Program-made: the position numbers and the translations under genes
In this document: piece after piece, positions 1-9,878 of the stretch
How the letters are laid out: each line of letters starts with the position of its first letter
Numbering within the stretch: the first letter of the stretch is position 1
The notes under the pieces: model-generated
Seen by the model: only the letters and a program-made list of their open reading frames with translations
The model's database searches: none
Told to the model about the DNA's origin: nothing
Assembly: GCA_019058365.1 (NCBI GenBank)
Contig: JAHPZE010000013.1
Location: 49,231-113,230 of the forward strand
DNA: 64,000 nucleotides
Origin: Promethearchaeota archaeon
GTDB taxonomy: Archaea; Asgardarchaeota; Lokiarchaeia; Sigyniarchaeales; SOKP01
Direction: 5' to 3'

Positions 1-421
1 TGGGTTGATATCTAAAAATAAAGTGATATTTCTCTTTTAGTTTGGCAAGAAGATCATCGCTTAATTTATTTGAAATTTTAGCTCTTGTATAAAAACATAA
101 TATTCTTTTTCTGGGATTTAAAACTATTTTTATTAAAATTGGATATTGCTTTGTTTCACTTAAATTAGGCGTTTCAGTATATTTAAAGTAAGATAATTCA
201 GTCTTAATAGTGGGTATATACTTTACATCGATTTCAAAATAATCAGATATATAATAATTTTCATTTACGGGTTCAAATATTTTCTTATACAATCCTGCTT
301 GAAGAATATTGGAATTATTGTCGAAACTAGCTGAATAATTATTATCCTGTAGTATCAGTTGCCTAATTATATCTACTTCATCCTTTATCGCAATATCAAA
401 ATAGATTCTTAACGATGGCAT
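1..421 (-). CDS. Hypothetical protein, partial (runs off left edge); not in ORF track
   Basis: Manual translation: ATG at 421 (MPSLRIYFDIAIKDEVDIIRQLILQ...) stays open to position 1; starts 3 nt after the stop of 425..1549, suggesting an operon. Confidence 0.7.
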   Translation of the reverse strand, partial: MPSLRIYFDIAIKDEVDIIRQLILQDNNYSASFDNNSNILQAGLYKKIFEPVNENYYISDYFEIDVKYIPTIKTELSYFKYTETPNLSETKQYPILIKIVLNPRKRILCFYTRAKISNKLSDDLLAKLKEKYHFIFRYQP

Positions 422-424
422 ATA

Positions 425-1549
425 TTATCTCTTTTCCTTAAATATAAATTCCTTTTGTAAAATATCTTCATAAAAACTTAAAAATAATTCATTCATTTGA
501 TAACGCGATGGATTTCCATATTTTATCTTTTTAAACACATATTTCTTGGTTAAATTTTCTAAATATTTCCACGCAATAGTTCTATCATAGTCCAAGTCGT
601 CTTTTAAGTCTGGCGTGGTAATATAAATTCTATTTTCTAATTTCAAGTAATAATCAATTATTTCTTGTTCTTTGGCTGTGATTTTTTGTTTTTTTACGTT
701 TAAATATTTTGTTATAATATTTTCTATAAGTTGCTGTGGGATTGTTTTTAAATTCATGATTCGTGCCTGCTGGTGAATCTCTTTAAAAAAAAGAAAGCAT
801 AAATTTAAATTTCCTTGAAAAGATTTCGCAATTTTCGGTAATAGCTCATTAATTATTTTATCATAATAATGTTTTGATTCTTCAGTCTGGATTAAAAACT
901 CATCCGTCCGTCTTTTAAAGATCTCGATTATATCATTACGGGAGAAATTGTTGAAGTATATTTCTCTATTAACAAGTATATCGTTCTCTAAAGGAAAGTC
1001 TCTTGTATGCCAAACTGAAAAAGTTAATTTTGTGTTTTCCTTGTAATCTTTAATTCTTTTCAAAAAAAGATATTTATTTTTTCCTGCACATGAGATAATC
1101 CGGACATCAAGTTCTTGATTATCTAAACTATCTACTTCTTTTTGAGACATTGATTCGTTAGTCTTGTAATTGAAAGAAAACTCTAAATTGTAAAACTCAA
1201 ATGTAATTTCTGGAAAAGATTCAATTATATAATTTGTAATTATTTTAAGTGTAGTATGTTTCCCAGAACCTTTAGATCCGATAATGGCAATGTGAATATT
1301 ATAAGGAAGTTTTTTTGCTTTTCCAAAATATCCAGAGATAACCTTAACTTCTGATTCACGGTTCACAAATAATTTAATTAGATGAGGTGTAAATGACTTT
1401 TCAGGATTGAAACCATCAAGAGGATTTTCAGAATAAAAAAACCTTCGATACCAGAAAGGGGAATCTTCTACAATGGACTCTTTGTGTTTAATACCACCCT
1501 TTACAGATTTAACTACTAAATCTTTAAGATGATTGTTTTCTTTTGACAT
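425..1549 (-). CDS. P-loop ATPase with C-terminal winged-helix (Orc1/Cdc6- or archaeal-ATPase-like architecture)
   Basis: LFVNRESE pre-P-loop motif, Walker A GSKGSGKH, GNL AAA+ lid-like motif, C-terminal HTH-wing (ITTPDLKDDLDYDRTIAWKYLENL...RYQM). Confidence 0.7.
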   Translation of the reverse strand: MSKENNHLKDLVVKSVKGGIKHKESIVEDSPFWYRRFFYSENPLDGFNPEKSFTPHLIKLFVNRESEVKVISGYFGKAKKLPYNIHIAIIGSKGSGKHTTLKIITNYIIESFPEITFEFYNLEFSFNYKTNESMSQKEVDSLDNQELDVRIISCAGKNKYLFLKRIKDYKENTKLTFSVWHTRDFPLENDILVNREIYFNNFSRNDIIEIFKRRTDEFLIQTEESKHYYDKIINELLPKIAKSFQGNLNLCFLFFKEIHQQARIMNLKTIPQQLIENIITKYLNVKKQKITAKEQEIIDYYLKLENRIYITTPDLKDDLDYDRTIAWKYLENLTKKYVFKKIKYGNPSRYQMNELFLSFYEDILQKEFIFKEKR

Positions 1550-1712
1550 AAAAAATATTATTTTTTAATAAATTAATCTACATTATTAACATTGGTTATT
1601 TAAAAATATAAACTTTTTGAAATTAGTAATTTATAAAGAAAAGATCTATGATAGAAATCTTTATATATCAAAAATGAAACATTAGTAATATAGAACAAAA
1701 TTTTAAAATATT

Positions 1713-3986
1713 ATGAATTCGAATTTATTTATATCAAATGAAGTAGTTTTTAATATGATAAAATTACCGTATTACACTATAGATCCAAATATTAGCCCAG
1801 ATGATTATTATAGAATAGTAAAGGGTGCTGAATGGCAATTATTCAACAAACGCTTTTATCCTGCTACGTTTGGAAATAAAATACTATTTATTGGTAATAA
1901 AATAGAACCTCCTAAGAATTTAACAGTGGATAAATATAGATTTTCTTTATCAGAAGACAAAATTACATTAAATTCGATGGATCATAATTATATTCTTTCA
2001 AACATAATTCGTAATGTATTAAGACGACAAGCCTTTTCAAAAGGATACACTGGACCTGAAGGACAAAAATTTTATAAAAGAAATCCATATAAAACAAAAT
2101 TTTTTGCATTTCATGACGCTTTTTATTTAGAAACAGAAGTATTTCCCGATGGTAATATCGGTGTTTGGTTAGATCCTTCTACTAAATGGAAATGGCATTT
2201 GAAAGATTTAATAAATAGTTTAACCCCAGAAGAACAAGAGGATATCTATAAACAACTTGTTGGAAAAAAAATTAAATATCCTAGTGTAAAAAGAAACCAA
2301 CTTTATAAAGGAACTATTACCGAGGTTATTACTAGAACTTATAAAGAATATGAAATCAGTATAAACGGGGAAAACTATACCATTTTTGATTTTTGGATGA
2401 AATCAAGCGAAGATCATAGAAAGTGGTTGGCTAGGAATAAAATCTCACTGAAACCAGAAGGTTTTCCAATAGTTATGGTTCAAATTCCAAACTTAAAATT
2501 CTCCATTCCTTATCCAGTTGAAGTTCTTGAGCTTGTTATTGACATCACTGATCCTTTAATTCCTTTAGATACATTTGACGAAAAAAAAATTCAGGCTCCC
2601 CTTAAAAGAATTAATGAGACATTTAATTTATTTGATCAGATCCTAAATCATGGCTTAGATTTAGGGGATTTTAAAATTACTTTTTCTCGACAATTATATA
2701 ATTGGGAAAAGTCTCCTTACGGGACTATAATTTCTTTAGAAGCACCCAAACTTCAATTTGGGAATGATAACACTATTGATCCATTAAAACCATGGCAAGA
2801 TCCAGATATAAAGAGTGGAATGTTTCAATTTGGACCAGTAGATAAAAAAAAAGAAATAAAGGTATCTTATATAGGTCCATCAAGTGAAAAAGATAATTTT
2901 ATGACATTTAATAAGTACTTGAATCTTCATGCTAAAAAACTGCATTTAGGAACTTTTGAGCTCACGAATATTTTTCCTATTGATAGAATTCATCCAGATA
3001 GGTATTTGCGTATATGTCAAAGTGTTGGTCAACAAATAGAGAATCAAATATCATTTGTCATTTTACCTAAATTTAAAACAACTAAAACCTATTACGCAGC
3101 AAAAAGAGGACTTGGAAAAAATTTTATAAAAAGTGCAATGATACAATGGAACACTTTTAAGAAACTTTTAAGTGCCAGTTCTCAAGGACGACTTTCATTT
3201 GAAAACTATAATATTGCTCTAAAAGCATATGGAAGATTTTTAGAAAGTGGAGAGGCGATCTGGCATCTTAAAGAACCTGCAGGAGGATTAAATGCTGCTA
3301 CTAATAATTATTTTTTGGGATTTGATGTTTCACGTAATCCCGAAAGTAGAAAAGAAGCAGCTGCATATGCTGCAGTTTGTGATAATTATGGAAAAGTTCT
3401 CTATAAAAGCTCTATTGACTCGCATAGAGGAGAAAATATTATTTCTGAAATATTAAGTGATTGGTTCTTCGAAATTGCGACTTCTACGTATGATGAAATT
3501 GGAAATGAGAAAAAAATAGATTGTATGTACCTTTTTAAAGATGGACCTATTTCCCATCCACAGGTTAAGGAGTATGAAAAAGGATCACTTTTGGCAAAGG
3601 AGCGTTTGATGGAGGAGCATTTAATGACAAATGACTCTGATATTAAGACTATTGCGGTTATTAAGCGAGGTTTGCATAGATTCTATGGAGATGAAAAATT
3701 AGGATATAAGATTAACTATTCAGGATTAATTCGTAGCCCTAAAGAAGCGATTCTAATTACTTCTCGCCCAAGGTTTGGAACAGCGGCAACTACTCGAATT
3801 GAGCTTACTCATCAGATGAATAACAACATAGATATTTCTCAAATTGCTAAAATGTTTAATGATTTACGGTATTTGGATTGGAATTCGTTATTTTCTCAAC
3901 CAAAAACTATTTTACCACTTCATATTGTTCAGAATTTAGCTAAATTAAGTAAAGAAGATGTGATTGTACCTTATGATCCAAGGTAA
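1713..3986 (+). CDS. ago: Long prokaryotic Argonaute (N-L1-PAZ-L2-MID-PIWI)
   Basis: PIWI motifs GFDVS, RGE, LFKDG, VIKR, LRYLDW, LPLHIVQNLAK; MID YYAAK...NIALK; PAZ-like segment TIFDFW...PIVMV...YPVEVL; L2 APKLQFG; 757 aa. True start may be the ATG at 1755. Confidence 0.9.
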   Translation: MNSNLFISNEVVFNMIKLPYYTIDPNISPDDYYRIVKGAEWQLFNKRFYPATFGNKILFIGNKIEPPKNLTVDKYRFSLSEDKITLNSMDHNYILSNIIRNVLRRQAFSKGYTGPEGQKFYKRNPYKTKFFAFHDAFYLETEVFPDGNIGVWLDPSTKWKWHLKDLINSLTPEEQEDIYKQLVGKKIKYPSVKRNQLYKGTITEVITRTYKEYEISINGENYTIFDFWMKSSEDHRKWLARNKISLKPEGFPIVMVQIPNLKFSIPYPVEVLELVIDITDPLIPLDTFDEKKIQAPLKRINETFNLFDQILNHGLDLGDFKITFSRQLYNWEKSPYGTIISLEAPKLQFGNDNTIDPLKPWQDPDIKSGMFQFGPVDKKKEIKVSYIGPSSEKDNFMTFNKYLNLHAKKLHLGTFELTNIFPIDRIHPDRYLRICQSVGQQIENQISFVILPKFKTTKTYYAAKRGLGKNFIKSAMIQWNTFKKLLSASSQGRLSFENYNIALKAYGRFLESGEAIWHLKEPAGGLNAATNNYFLGFDVSRNPESRKEAAAYAAVCDNYGKVLYKSSIDSHRGENIISEILSDWFFEIATSTYDEIGNEKKIDCMYLFKDGPISHPQVKEYEKGSLLAKERLMEEHLMTNDSDIKTIAVIKRGLHRFYGDEKLGYKINYSGLIRSPKEAILITSRPRFGTAATTRIELTHQMNNNIDISQIAKMFNDLRYLDWNSLFSQPKTILPLHIVQNLAKLSKEDVIVPYDPR

Positions 3987-4028
3987 AAATTCATATAGAT
4001 GAATATCAAAAATTATATTATAGCAAAC

Positions 4029-4158
4029 AAGACAAAAATAAAAACTAAATTAAAACGATTGGAAAAGAAGAAAATTTATTTGAATAATTTGTGATTATAA
4101 AGGGAGGATAAATTATGCCAGAATTCTTGATTGAATTTATTAATAATCAAAATGAGAA
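4029..4158 (+). repeat. Direct repeat copy 1: nurA upstream region, GGGAGG RBS and first ~15 codons (MPEFLIEFINNQNEK), a truncated nurA start
   Basis: Matches 8530..8659 at offset 4501 with 4 mismatches in 130 bp (manual comparison). Confidence 0.95.
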
Positions 4159-4285
4159 GATCATTTTTAATTTGATATATTTATGCAGGATGATAATTAA
4201 TCATTTTCATTCTTTAAAGAAAAAATTCTATAATGCAAAAAATTTTAAATTAAAACATTAAGGTTAGAATCTTAAGGTGCCATAG

Positions 4286-7200
4286 ATGGGATCAATCCAA
4301 GAAGAAAAGAAGAAAAGAAAGAGAAATGAAAAAGAAGAAGAGAAACTCGAGAAGGTAGAGAAGAAATCAATGAAGAAAGAAGATATAAAAAAAGAATCCA
4401 AAATTATACAAACAGTCATCGATAGAAAGGAAATTGTAGAAGATAGCATTAAAGCAAAAGAAGAAGAAAAATCAGAGGGTAAAGAAAAGAAAATATCCCT
4501 CACGGAAGATGAAAGACTAATTCTAATGACACTAAATTTCGTGGATAGGCATAAAGGCGGGTTGAGCATAACGGGATTTCAGATAAAAGATTTCTTGCAG
4601 TTAATCTTTTTAGGTAAAGATGTTGATAAGCTTTACTTTCAGTTAAAAGAAAAGGAATTTATCGTTAGGAGGAGAGATTCAGAGGATTTCTCTGTTTCAT
4701 TTGAGGGACGACAAGTAGCGGAAAAGCAAGATGATTTATTAAAACACATTTTTATTGAAATCGGAAGGAAATTAGAAGATTTCTTGAGTGAGAGTGGAAT
4801 ATTAAAGAGAGTGCTTTATTTTGCCCAAGAAAATAAATGGAGTTTCAGACAATACCTTCCGAGAATTATACTTAGCTTAGATGAATTGGAACAAGTATTA
4901 ACTATTTTTTTCTTAGACGATTTGTTCTTGGACATTCCAGCTGTTAGTAAAGTGATTAGGAAATTAAGGAAGGAGCAACAATCCAAAATACAAGAAGTAT
5001 TGGCAAATTACTGCAAAGATTTAGATTTCCTGAAAACTCTTGCTATATTGAAAATGGACGAGATTAAGGATAAATTAGGTGTAGAAACCGTTAGTATAGT
5101 CCATTACAAGCCATTTAAAGACATCCTTTCGGAAGTCGTGGAAAAGTCAAAAATAGAAGAAATCTTGGAAAAATTGCTCCTATTGGGAATCACCGAATCA
5201 TATAACTTCTTCGGAATCGATACCCTATCGATTCTAATGAGTGAGGAAAATATCTCCAAGCTAAAGAATTGGATGGCATTTGATGAGGATGCGTTCAAAA
5301 GGCAATTAGAAACCAACTGGAACATATTTATAAATGCAAAAAATGCGGTAGAAAACGCAGTGCTCTTTGATTTTAAGGGATTAATAAAATCCAAAGCTGT
5401 TTTATTTTATAAAAATAATGTCTTGGTCAGAAAGGAAGTGAAAGGTGCTTTTGTAGAAGTGTATGAAAAAGTTAAGGAGAAATTGAAAAATAAGATTAAA
5501 GAAATAGAAAATGTCCTTATATCTCCATTTTATGAGGTTAATAGGGATGAATTAAAACAATTTAGGGGAAAGATCATAATTGTATTGCACGCAGTTGATT
5601 GGTGGACGAAAAAATATTACTTTCCCGTAATTAGAGAAGAAGAATTGGTAAATAATGTGATTCTTCTCATTTCTCCAAAAGAAATCGGTTTTCGTTTAGA
5701 TAAAGCACTGAATTATTCTAATAGTCAAAGAGTATTGGAAATACCAGATAAAAATGTGGAATTTAATGCGGTGGGCGAAATTGATAATATTGAGTTAGTT
5801 AAATCAATTTTAAATGTTTGCGAATGGGTTTTGGAAGAAGAATATTATTCTGTAAAAAGAGCTAAAGAGATTATATATGAAAAACAATACCCTCCAATAT
5901 CTATAGAACAAGCAATAAATCAATTAAAAGAAGGAATGAGAGAGATCGATGGTAAAGTCTTAATAGATGCATTATTAATCTCTATAAATAAACCAACTAA
6001 TTATAGTGGAACTTTTATCTATAGAGATAATGGGCAGTTTACTAAAAATCATTTATGGTATCATTTGGAAAATATACTTAAACTGAAATATAATTTAAAA
6101 GGAGATCATTTCATTAAAATTAAAGAAAGTCTTGAAGAATTAATTGAAGGAAAGGCAAGGATGGATCTATTTACTTTAGGATTAGGTTCTAGACCTGGTT
6201 CTGACATATATTACTCTAAGGAAAAAAAACTTTTATCCATAATATTTAATAATTATAATGTAAAATCTATTATCTTATCTTCAATAGAAAGGTTAGATCA
6301 AATATCAATAGAAATTGTTTGGATTTATCTTAAACTTTTTATTAAAATTGAAGTGAATATCGATGTTAATAGATTTAAAACTATTTATGAGATTATATTT
6401 AATAAAAAAATAGAGAATGATAATGATATTATAAATGCTATTAATAAAACGGGAATCTCTATTGCAGTGAAAAGAGGTACTCATTTTAGTCATTACAGAT
6501 TTCCATATATTTTAGATAATGAATTAGATATCGAATTACTCTCTTTTCTAGAAAAACGAATACAAATTACTCAACCTAATTATGATACTTTTATTAAATT
6601 ATATAAAAAGAAGATTATTGAATTAGTTGGTTTGGATTATCTCTTGAATAATGATGGATATTGTAGAAGAAATAATTTAAGAGAGTTCTTGTGGAAGGTC
6701 TCTCTGGAAGCGTGGGATAAATTTGATTCATATGAGGGATTGATATCATCAAAAGAAAGTGAGATAATAGCTTTAAATCCACTTTTACTAGATGAGTTGA
6801 GGGTATTTCTAAGTGTTCGTAAAAGAAAAATAATTGAAAGCCAAGAAAGATTGAAAGAGGTAGTATTATCATCGAAAATAATTGATTCGTTAATAGAACT
6901 TGACGAAGATCTGGTTATTCTAAAGGGATTTATAACATTACAGAATAAAGAAGATATAACAGTGATAATAGTCCCTTGGTATCTACCAATGTACGAGAAA
7001 TATCTTGGAGAGAAGGCATTAATTGTAATAACTGACCAACCCGACTACAAAACTTTTATAGACACCATTAAAGCTATTAATAAAGAAATAACATTAATAT
7101 TCTTAAAAGATAACCTATTTTACCTATTTTCTACCTTTAGAAATGTTAATTTTATAAATTCCTTACTATCAAAACTGGAAGAGCACGGTTTTGCATTAAT

Positions 7201-8452
7201 CTCAAAAGAAATTTTGTCTTTAGAAACTTCGGAAGAATCGAGGGTGAAGGAAGAGTTAATTACACTACAGGCAGAAAAAGAAGAAACAGGTGAAATATTC
7301 GAAGTGAAAGAATTAGATCTATTTGGAGAATTATTCGATACAGACTTGAAGGGCTTTCCTATTGGGTTGGGAACGGAAGATCCAGTAGTATTGATACTTT
7401 CTAAGACGGAAGACGACAATTACAGTGCCACTCTCCAGATATTATGTAGAGAAATATATAGAGAACTAATTAAAGGCTTGCCCCTCCCGAAAAGAATAAC
7501 AGAAGAAAGAATAGAGGAAGAAACGGATGTGAGTGATAGAATCATATTCGTTGACGATGATAAAGCAAAGAAACTTGGTTTTGGAAAAATATCACGCAAT
7601 GAGAATATTAACTGGGTTAATCTTGGCAAGAAGCTACAAGAATTCTATTCTCAATACTTTGGTTTCTATATTTTTGAAATTCCGATGGATAAAAAGGAAG
7701 AATTTAAAGAAAAACTCATAACTCATACTAAAGATCTTAGACCCAGAATAATCCAAGTAAAGCCCTTATATTTAGGAAGAAGAATTATTTTAGATATTAC
7801 CGAAGAAGGAATTAAGGAGATTTCTGACTTGGTTAAGTTCAAGAAGAAGATATGTAGCCTAATATGGGGATTTGTAACACCGAAGGGCGACGATAGATGG
7901 GAGCGGGGAGATAACTTCGATAACTTCTTTAGTAGTTGCGAAAGTGAATATAATAAAAGATTAAGAAATATGGAGATTGAGAAGATTAATGTTGAGGGTA
8001 AAGAAATGAGTGTTCCAATTCTAGTTAATAGAGGTGTAAACGAGAGTGATCTGCATTTTCGAATCAAGGTCTTTATTGTAAAATACTTGTATGAAACAAA
8101 GAAATATTCAAGGGGTTCTGTAAAAACAGAACAAAAAATAGATGGAAAAGAAATTTACCCTGATATCCAAGCAGGTAAAATCATCTTCGAAGTAGAAACA
8201 CTGTATAACTCTGAAAGACCATTGAGTAAGCTTGTAGAAAAGGTCAAAGATTATAAGAACGATGGAAAAAAGCTCATTATCGTGTTAAAAAATGTTGATG
8301 TTTTTCTATATTACACACAACTAATAGATTTGGAAGAAGAATTAAGGGATGAGGGTATGGATGTGGAGTTCAAATCTCTTAATTTAGGGGATAATATAAT
8401 TTTTCACATAAAAGAAATTGGTAAGTCTTACCATTCTTTCTTTAAAAAATAG
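4286..8452 (+). CDS. Large hypothetical protein with charged N-terminus, N-terminal winged-helix-like segment and C-terminal PD-(D/E)XK-like nuclease domain
   Basis: 1388-aa ORF; C-terminal ESDLH...KTE...YPDI...FEVET resembles a restriction-endonuclease-fold active site. Confidence 0.6.
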   Translation: MGSIQEEKKKRKRNEKEEEKLEKVEKKSMKKEDIKKESKIIQTVIDRKEIVEDSIKAKEEEKSEGKEKKISLTEDERLILMTLNFVDRHKGGLSITGFQIKDFLQLIFLGKDVDKLYFQLKEKEFIVRRRDSEDFSVSFEGRQVAEKQDDLLKHIFIEIGRKLEDFLSESGILKRVLYFAQENKWSFRQYLPRIILSLDELEQVLTIFFLDDLFLDIPAVSKVIRKLRKEQQSKIQEVLANYCKDLDFLKTLAILKMDEIKDKLGVETVSIVHYKPFKDILSEVVEKSKIEEILEKLLLLGITESYNFFGIDTLSILMSEENISKLKNWMAFDEDAFKRQLETNWNIFINAKNAVENAVLFDFKGLIKSKAVLFYKNNVLVRKEVKGAFVEVYEKVKEKLKNKIKEIENVLISPFYEVNRDELKQFRGKIIIVLHAVDWWTKKYYFPVIREEELVNNVILLISPKEIGFRLDKALNYSNSQRVLEIPDKNVEFNAVGEIDNIELVKSILNVCEWVLEEEYYSVKRAKEIIYEKQYPPISIEQAINQLKEGMREIDGKVLIDALLISINKPTNYSGTFIYRDNGQFTKNHLWYHLENILKLKYNLKGDHFIKIKESLEELIEGKARMDLFTLGLGSRPGSDIYYSKEKKLLSIIFNNYNVKSIILSSIERLDQISIEIVWIYLKLFIKIEVNIDVNRFKTIYEIIFNKKIENDNDIINAINKTGISIAVKRGTHFSHYRFPYILDNELDIELLSFLEKRIQITQPNYDTFIKLYKKKIIELVGLDYLLNNDGYCRRNNLREFLWKVSLEAWDKFDSYEGLISSKESEIIALNPLLLDELRVFLSVRKRKIIESQERLKEVVLSSKIIDSLIELDEDLVILKGFITLQNKEDITVIIVPWYLPMYEKYLGEKALIVITDQPDYKTFIDTIKAINKEITLIFLKDNLFYLFSTFRNVNFINSLLSKLEEHGFALISKEILSLETSEESRVKEELITLQAEKEETGEIFEVKELDLFGELFDTDLKGFPIGLGTEDPVVLILSKTEDDNYSATLQILCREIYRELIKGLPLPKRITEERIEEETDVSDRIIFVDDDKAKKLGFGKISRNENINWVNLGKKLQEFYSQYFGFYIFEIPMDKKEEFKEKLITHTKDLRPRIIQVKPLYLGRRIILDITEEGIKEISDLVKFKKKICSLIWGFVTPKGDDRWERGDNFDNFFSSCESEYNKRLRNMEIEKINVEGKEMSVPILVNRGVNESDLHFRIKVFIVKYLYETKKYSRGSVKTEQKIDGKEIYPDIQAGKIIFEVETLYNSERPLSKLVEKVKDYKNDGKKLIIVLKNVDVFLYYTQLIDLEEELRDEGMDVEFKSLNLGDNIIFHIKEIGKSYHSFFKK

Positions 8453-8529
8453 TATAAATAGAGCTTTAAATATAATTGTAATTGGAATCTATTTCAGATT
8501 TTATTAAATTTGAAAATATTAGAGCATTT

Positions 8530-8659
8530 AAGACAAAAATGAAAACTAAATTAAAACAATTGGAAAAGAAGAAAATTTATTTGAATAATTTGTGATTATA
8601 AAGGGAGGATAAATTATGCCAGAATTCTTGATTGAATTTATTAATAATCTAAATGAAAA
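8530..8659 (+). repeat. Direct repeat copy 2 (functional nurA RBS and 5' end)
   Basis: Near-identical to 4029..4158. Confidence 0.95.
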
Positions 8660-9878
8660 AACCAAGCGAATTTTAGAGAATTTTGAAAATAAGGAAATTA
8701 ATAAGCTATACGAGAAGTTATTTCCTTTTTATTGGATTGATCATGACATAGAAAATCATGATCCCACTCAAGAGGTAATAGCTATTGATAGTAGTAGGGG
8801 GCATTGTCCGACTAATAATGGTGGATTTTTTTTTGTTTCTAGAGCTATGGCTTATGGAAATCAAAAAAAATATAAAGAAGTTTATACAGATTTTGACTTT
8901 TCAAATGTTAAAACACAATCTGATTATATTGGAAGAGTAATGGAATGGACGGAGCATTCAGTCGCAATACAAGCTATTAAAAAGGGATTTACAAAGTATG
9001 TTTTAATTGATGGTTCTATTTATGGGAGATTATCTCATTTACCAATGGAGTTGAACTTAGATAACAACAAGGGTTTTATGATTCAATATTTTGAGACTTA
9101 CTTAAATCTATTGGATATATGTAAAAAGAAAAAAATACCTCTAATTGGTATTAGTAAAGAAAGTCGAACTTCCTTTTTCCGGGAGTTTTTAATAAAACAA
9201 ATATTAAAAAGTAAAATTTCAAACTCCCAATTACTAAATAAATTACTTTCAGAAGCTTTAGATTTTCCAAAAAATGCAATTAAACTTGCAAAAAGTACAA
9301 AAGATGACGATATCATTTTACTTACAGAAGAACTTATTGCCCGAAAACCAGACTCTTTATTGATTTTAAATAATGCTCATCACGCAGGATATACAAAACC
9401 ACTTATATTAGGGGGAAGTGCGAGATGGCGACGGGCTGAAAAGAAAATTAAGGTGGATTCAAAGGGTTATATTGAGTCTAGCTTTCCAATATTATCAGAA
9501 GATATTAAATTTTTAAATCAAGCTAAAAAAATTATTACTAAGATGCTGGATTTTCCGAGCATCGTGTCTTTTCATATTCTACCCATCCTCGCAGATACAC
9601 CTTTAAGAATAGATATTCCATCATGGTATTTTGGTATAGATAGAAGGCTTTTAGATGTTGGGTGGCCTGAAGTAGTAAATTTGGACTTAAGTGAAATCCT
9701 TAAATTAATCTCAGCAGGTTATTGTGGATTGGGAAATTATAATATTTGGCTTACAGCCGTGGATAATGAAGTTAGATTATCCAGAAAAGATTTTGAAGAA
9801 TTATATTTAAAAAAGTTTGAAGAAATTATAGGTAAAAAAGCAACACCAAGAGGTTATAGACGTGTTAGATACCCGTAA
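8616..9878 (+). CDS. nurA: NurA 5'-3' nuclease
   Basis: AIDSS and LIDGS acidic motifs, MEWTE, GISKES, C-terminal GNYNIWLTAVDNEVR; overlaps herA. Confidence 0.85.
   Translation: MPEFLIEFINNLNEKTKRILENFENKEINKLYEKLFPFYWIDHDIENHDPTQEVIAIDSSRGHCPTNNGGFFFVSRAMAYGNQKKYKEVYTDFDFSNVKTQSDYIGRVMEWTEHSVAIQAIKKGFTKYVLIDGSIYGRLSHLPMELNLDNNKGFMIQYFETYLNLLDICKKKKIPLIGISKESRTSFFREFLIKQILKSKISNSQLLNKLLSEALDFPKNAIKLAKSTKDDDIILLTEELIARKPDSLLILNNAHHAGYTKPLILGGSARWRRAEKKIKVDSKGYIESSFPILSEDIKFLNQAKKIITKMLDFPSIVSFHILPILADTPLRIDIPSWYFGIDRRLLDVGWPEVVNLDLSEILKLISAGYCGLGNYNIWLTAVDNEVRLSRKDFEELYLKKFEEIIGKKATPRGYRRVRYP

Noticed and set aside
4286-4330. NLS-like KKKRKR in the 1388-aa protein
   Set aside because: Part of a low-complexity A-rich charged tract; no support for a eukaryote-like signal
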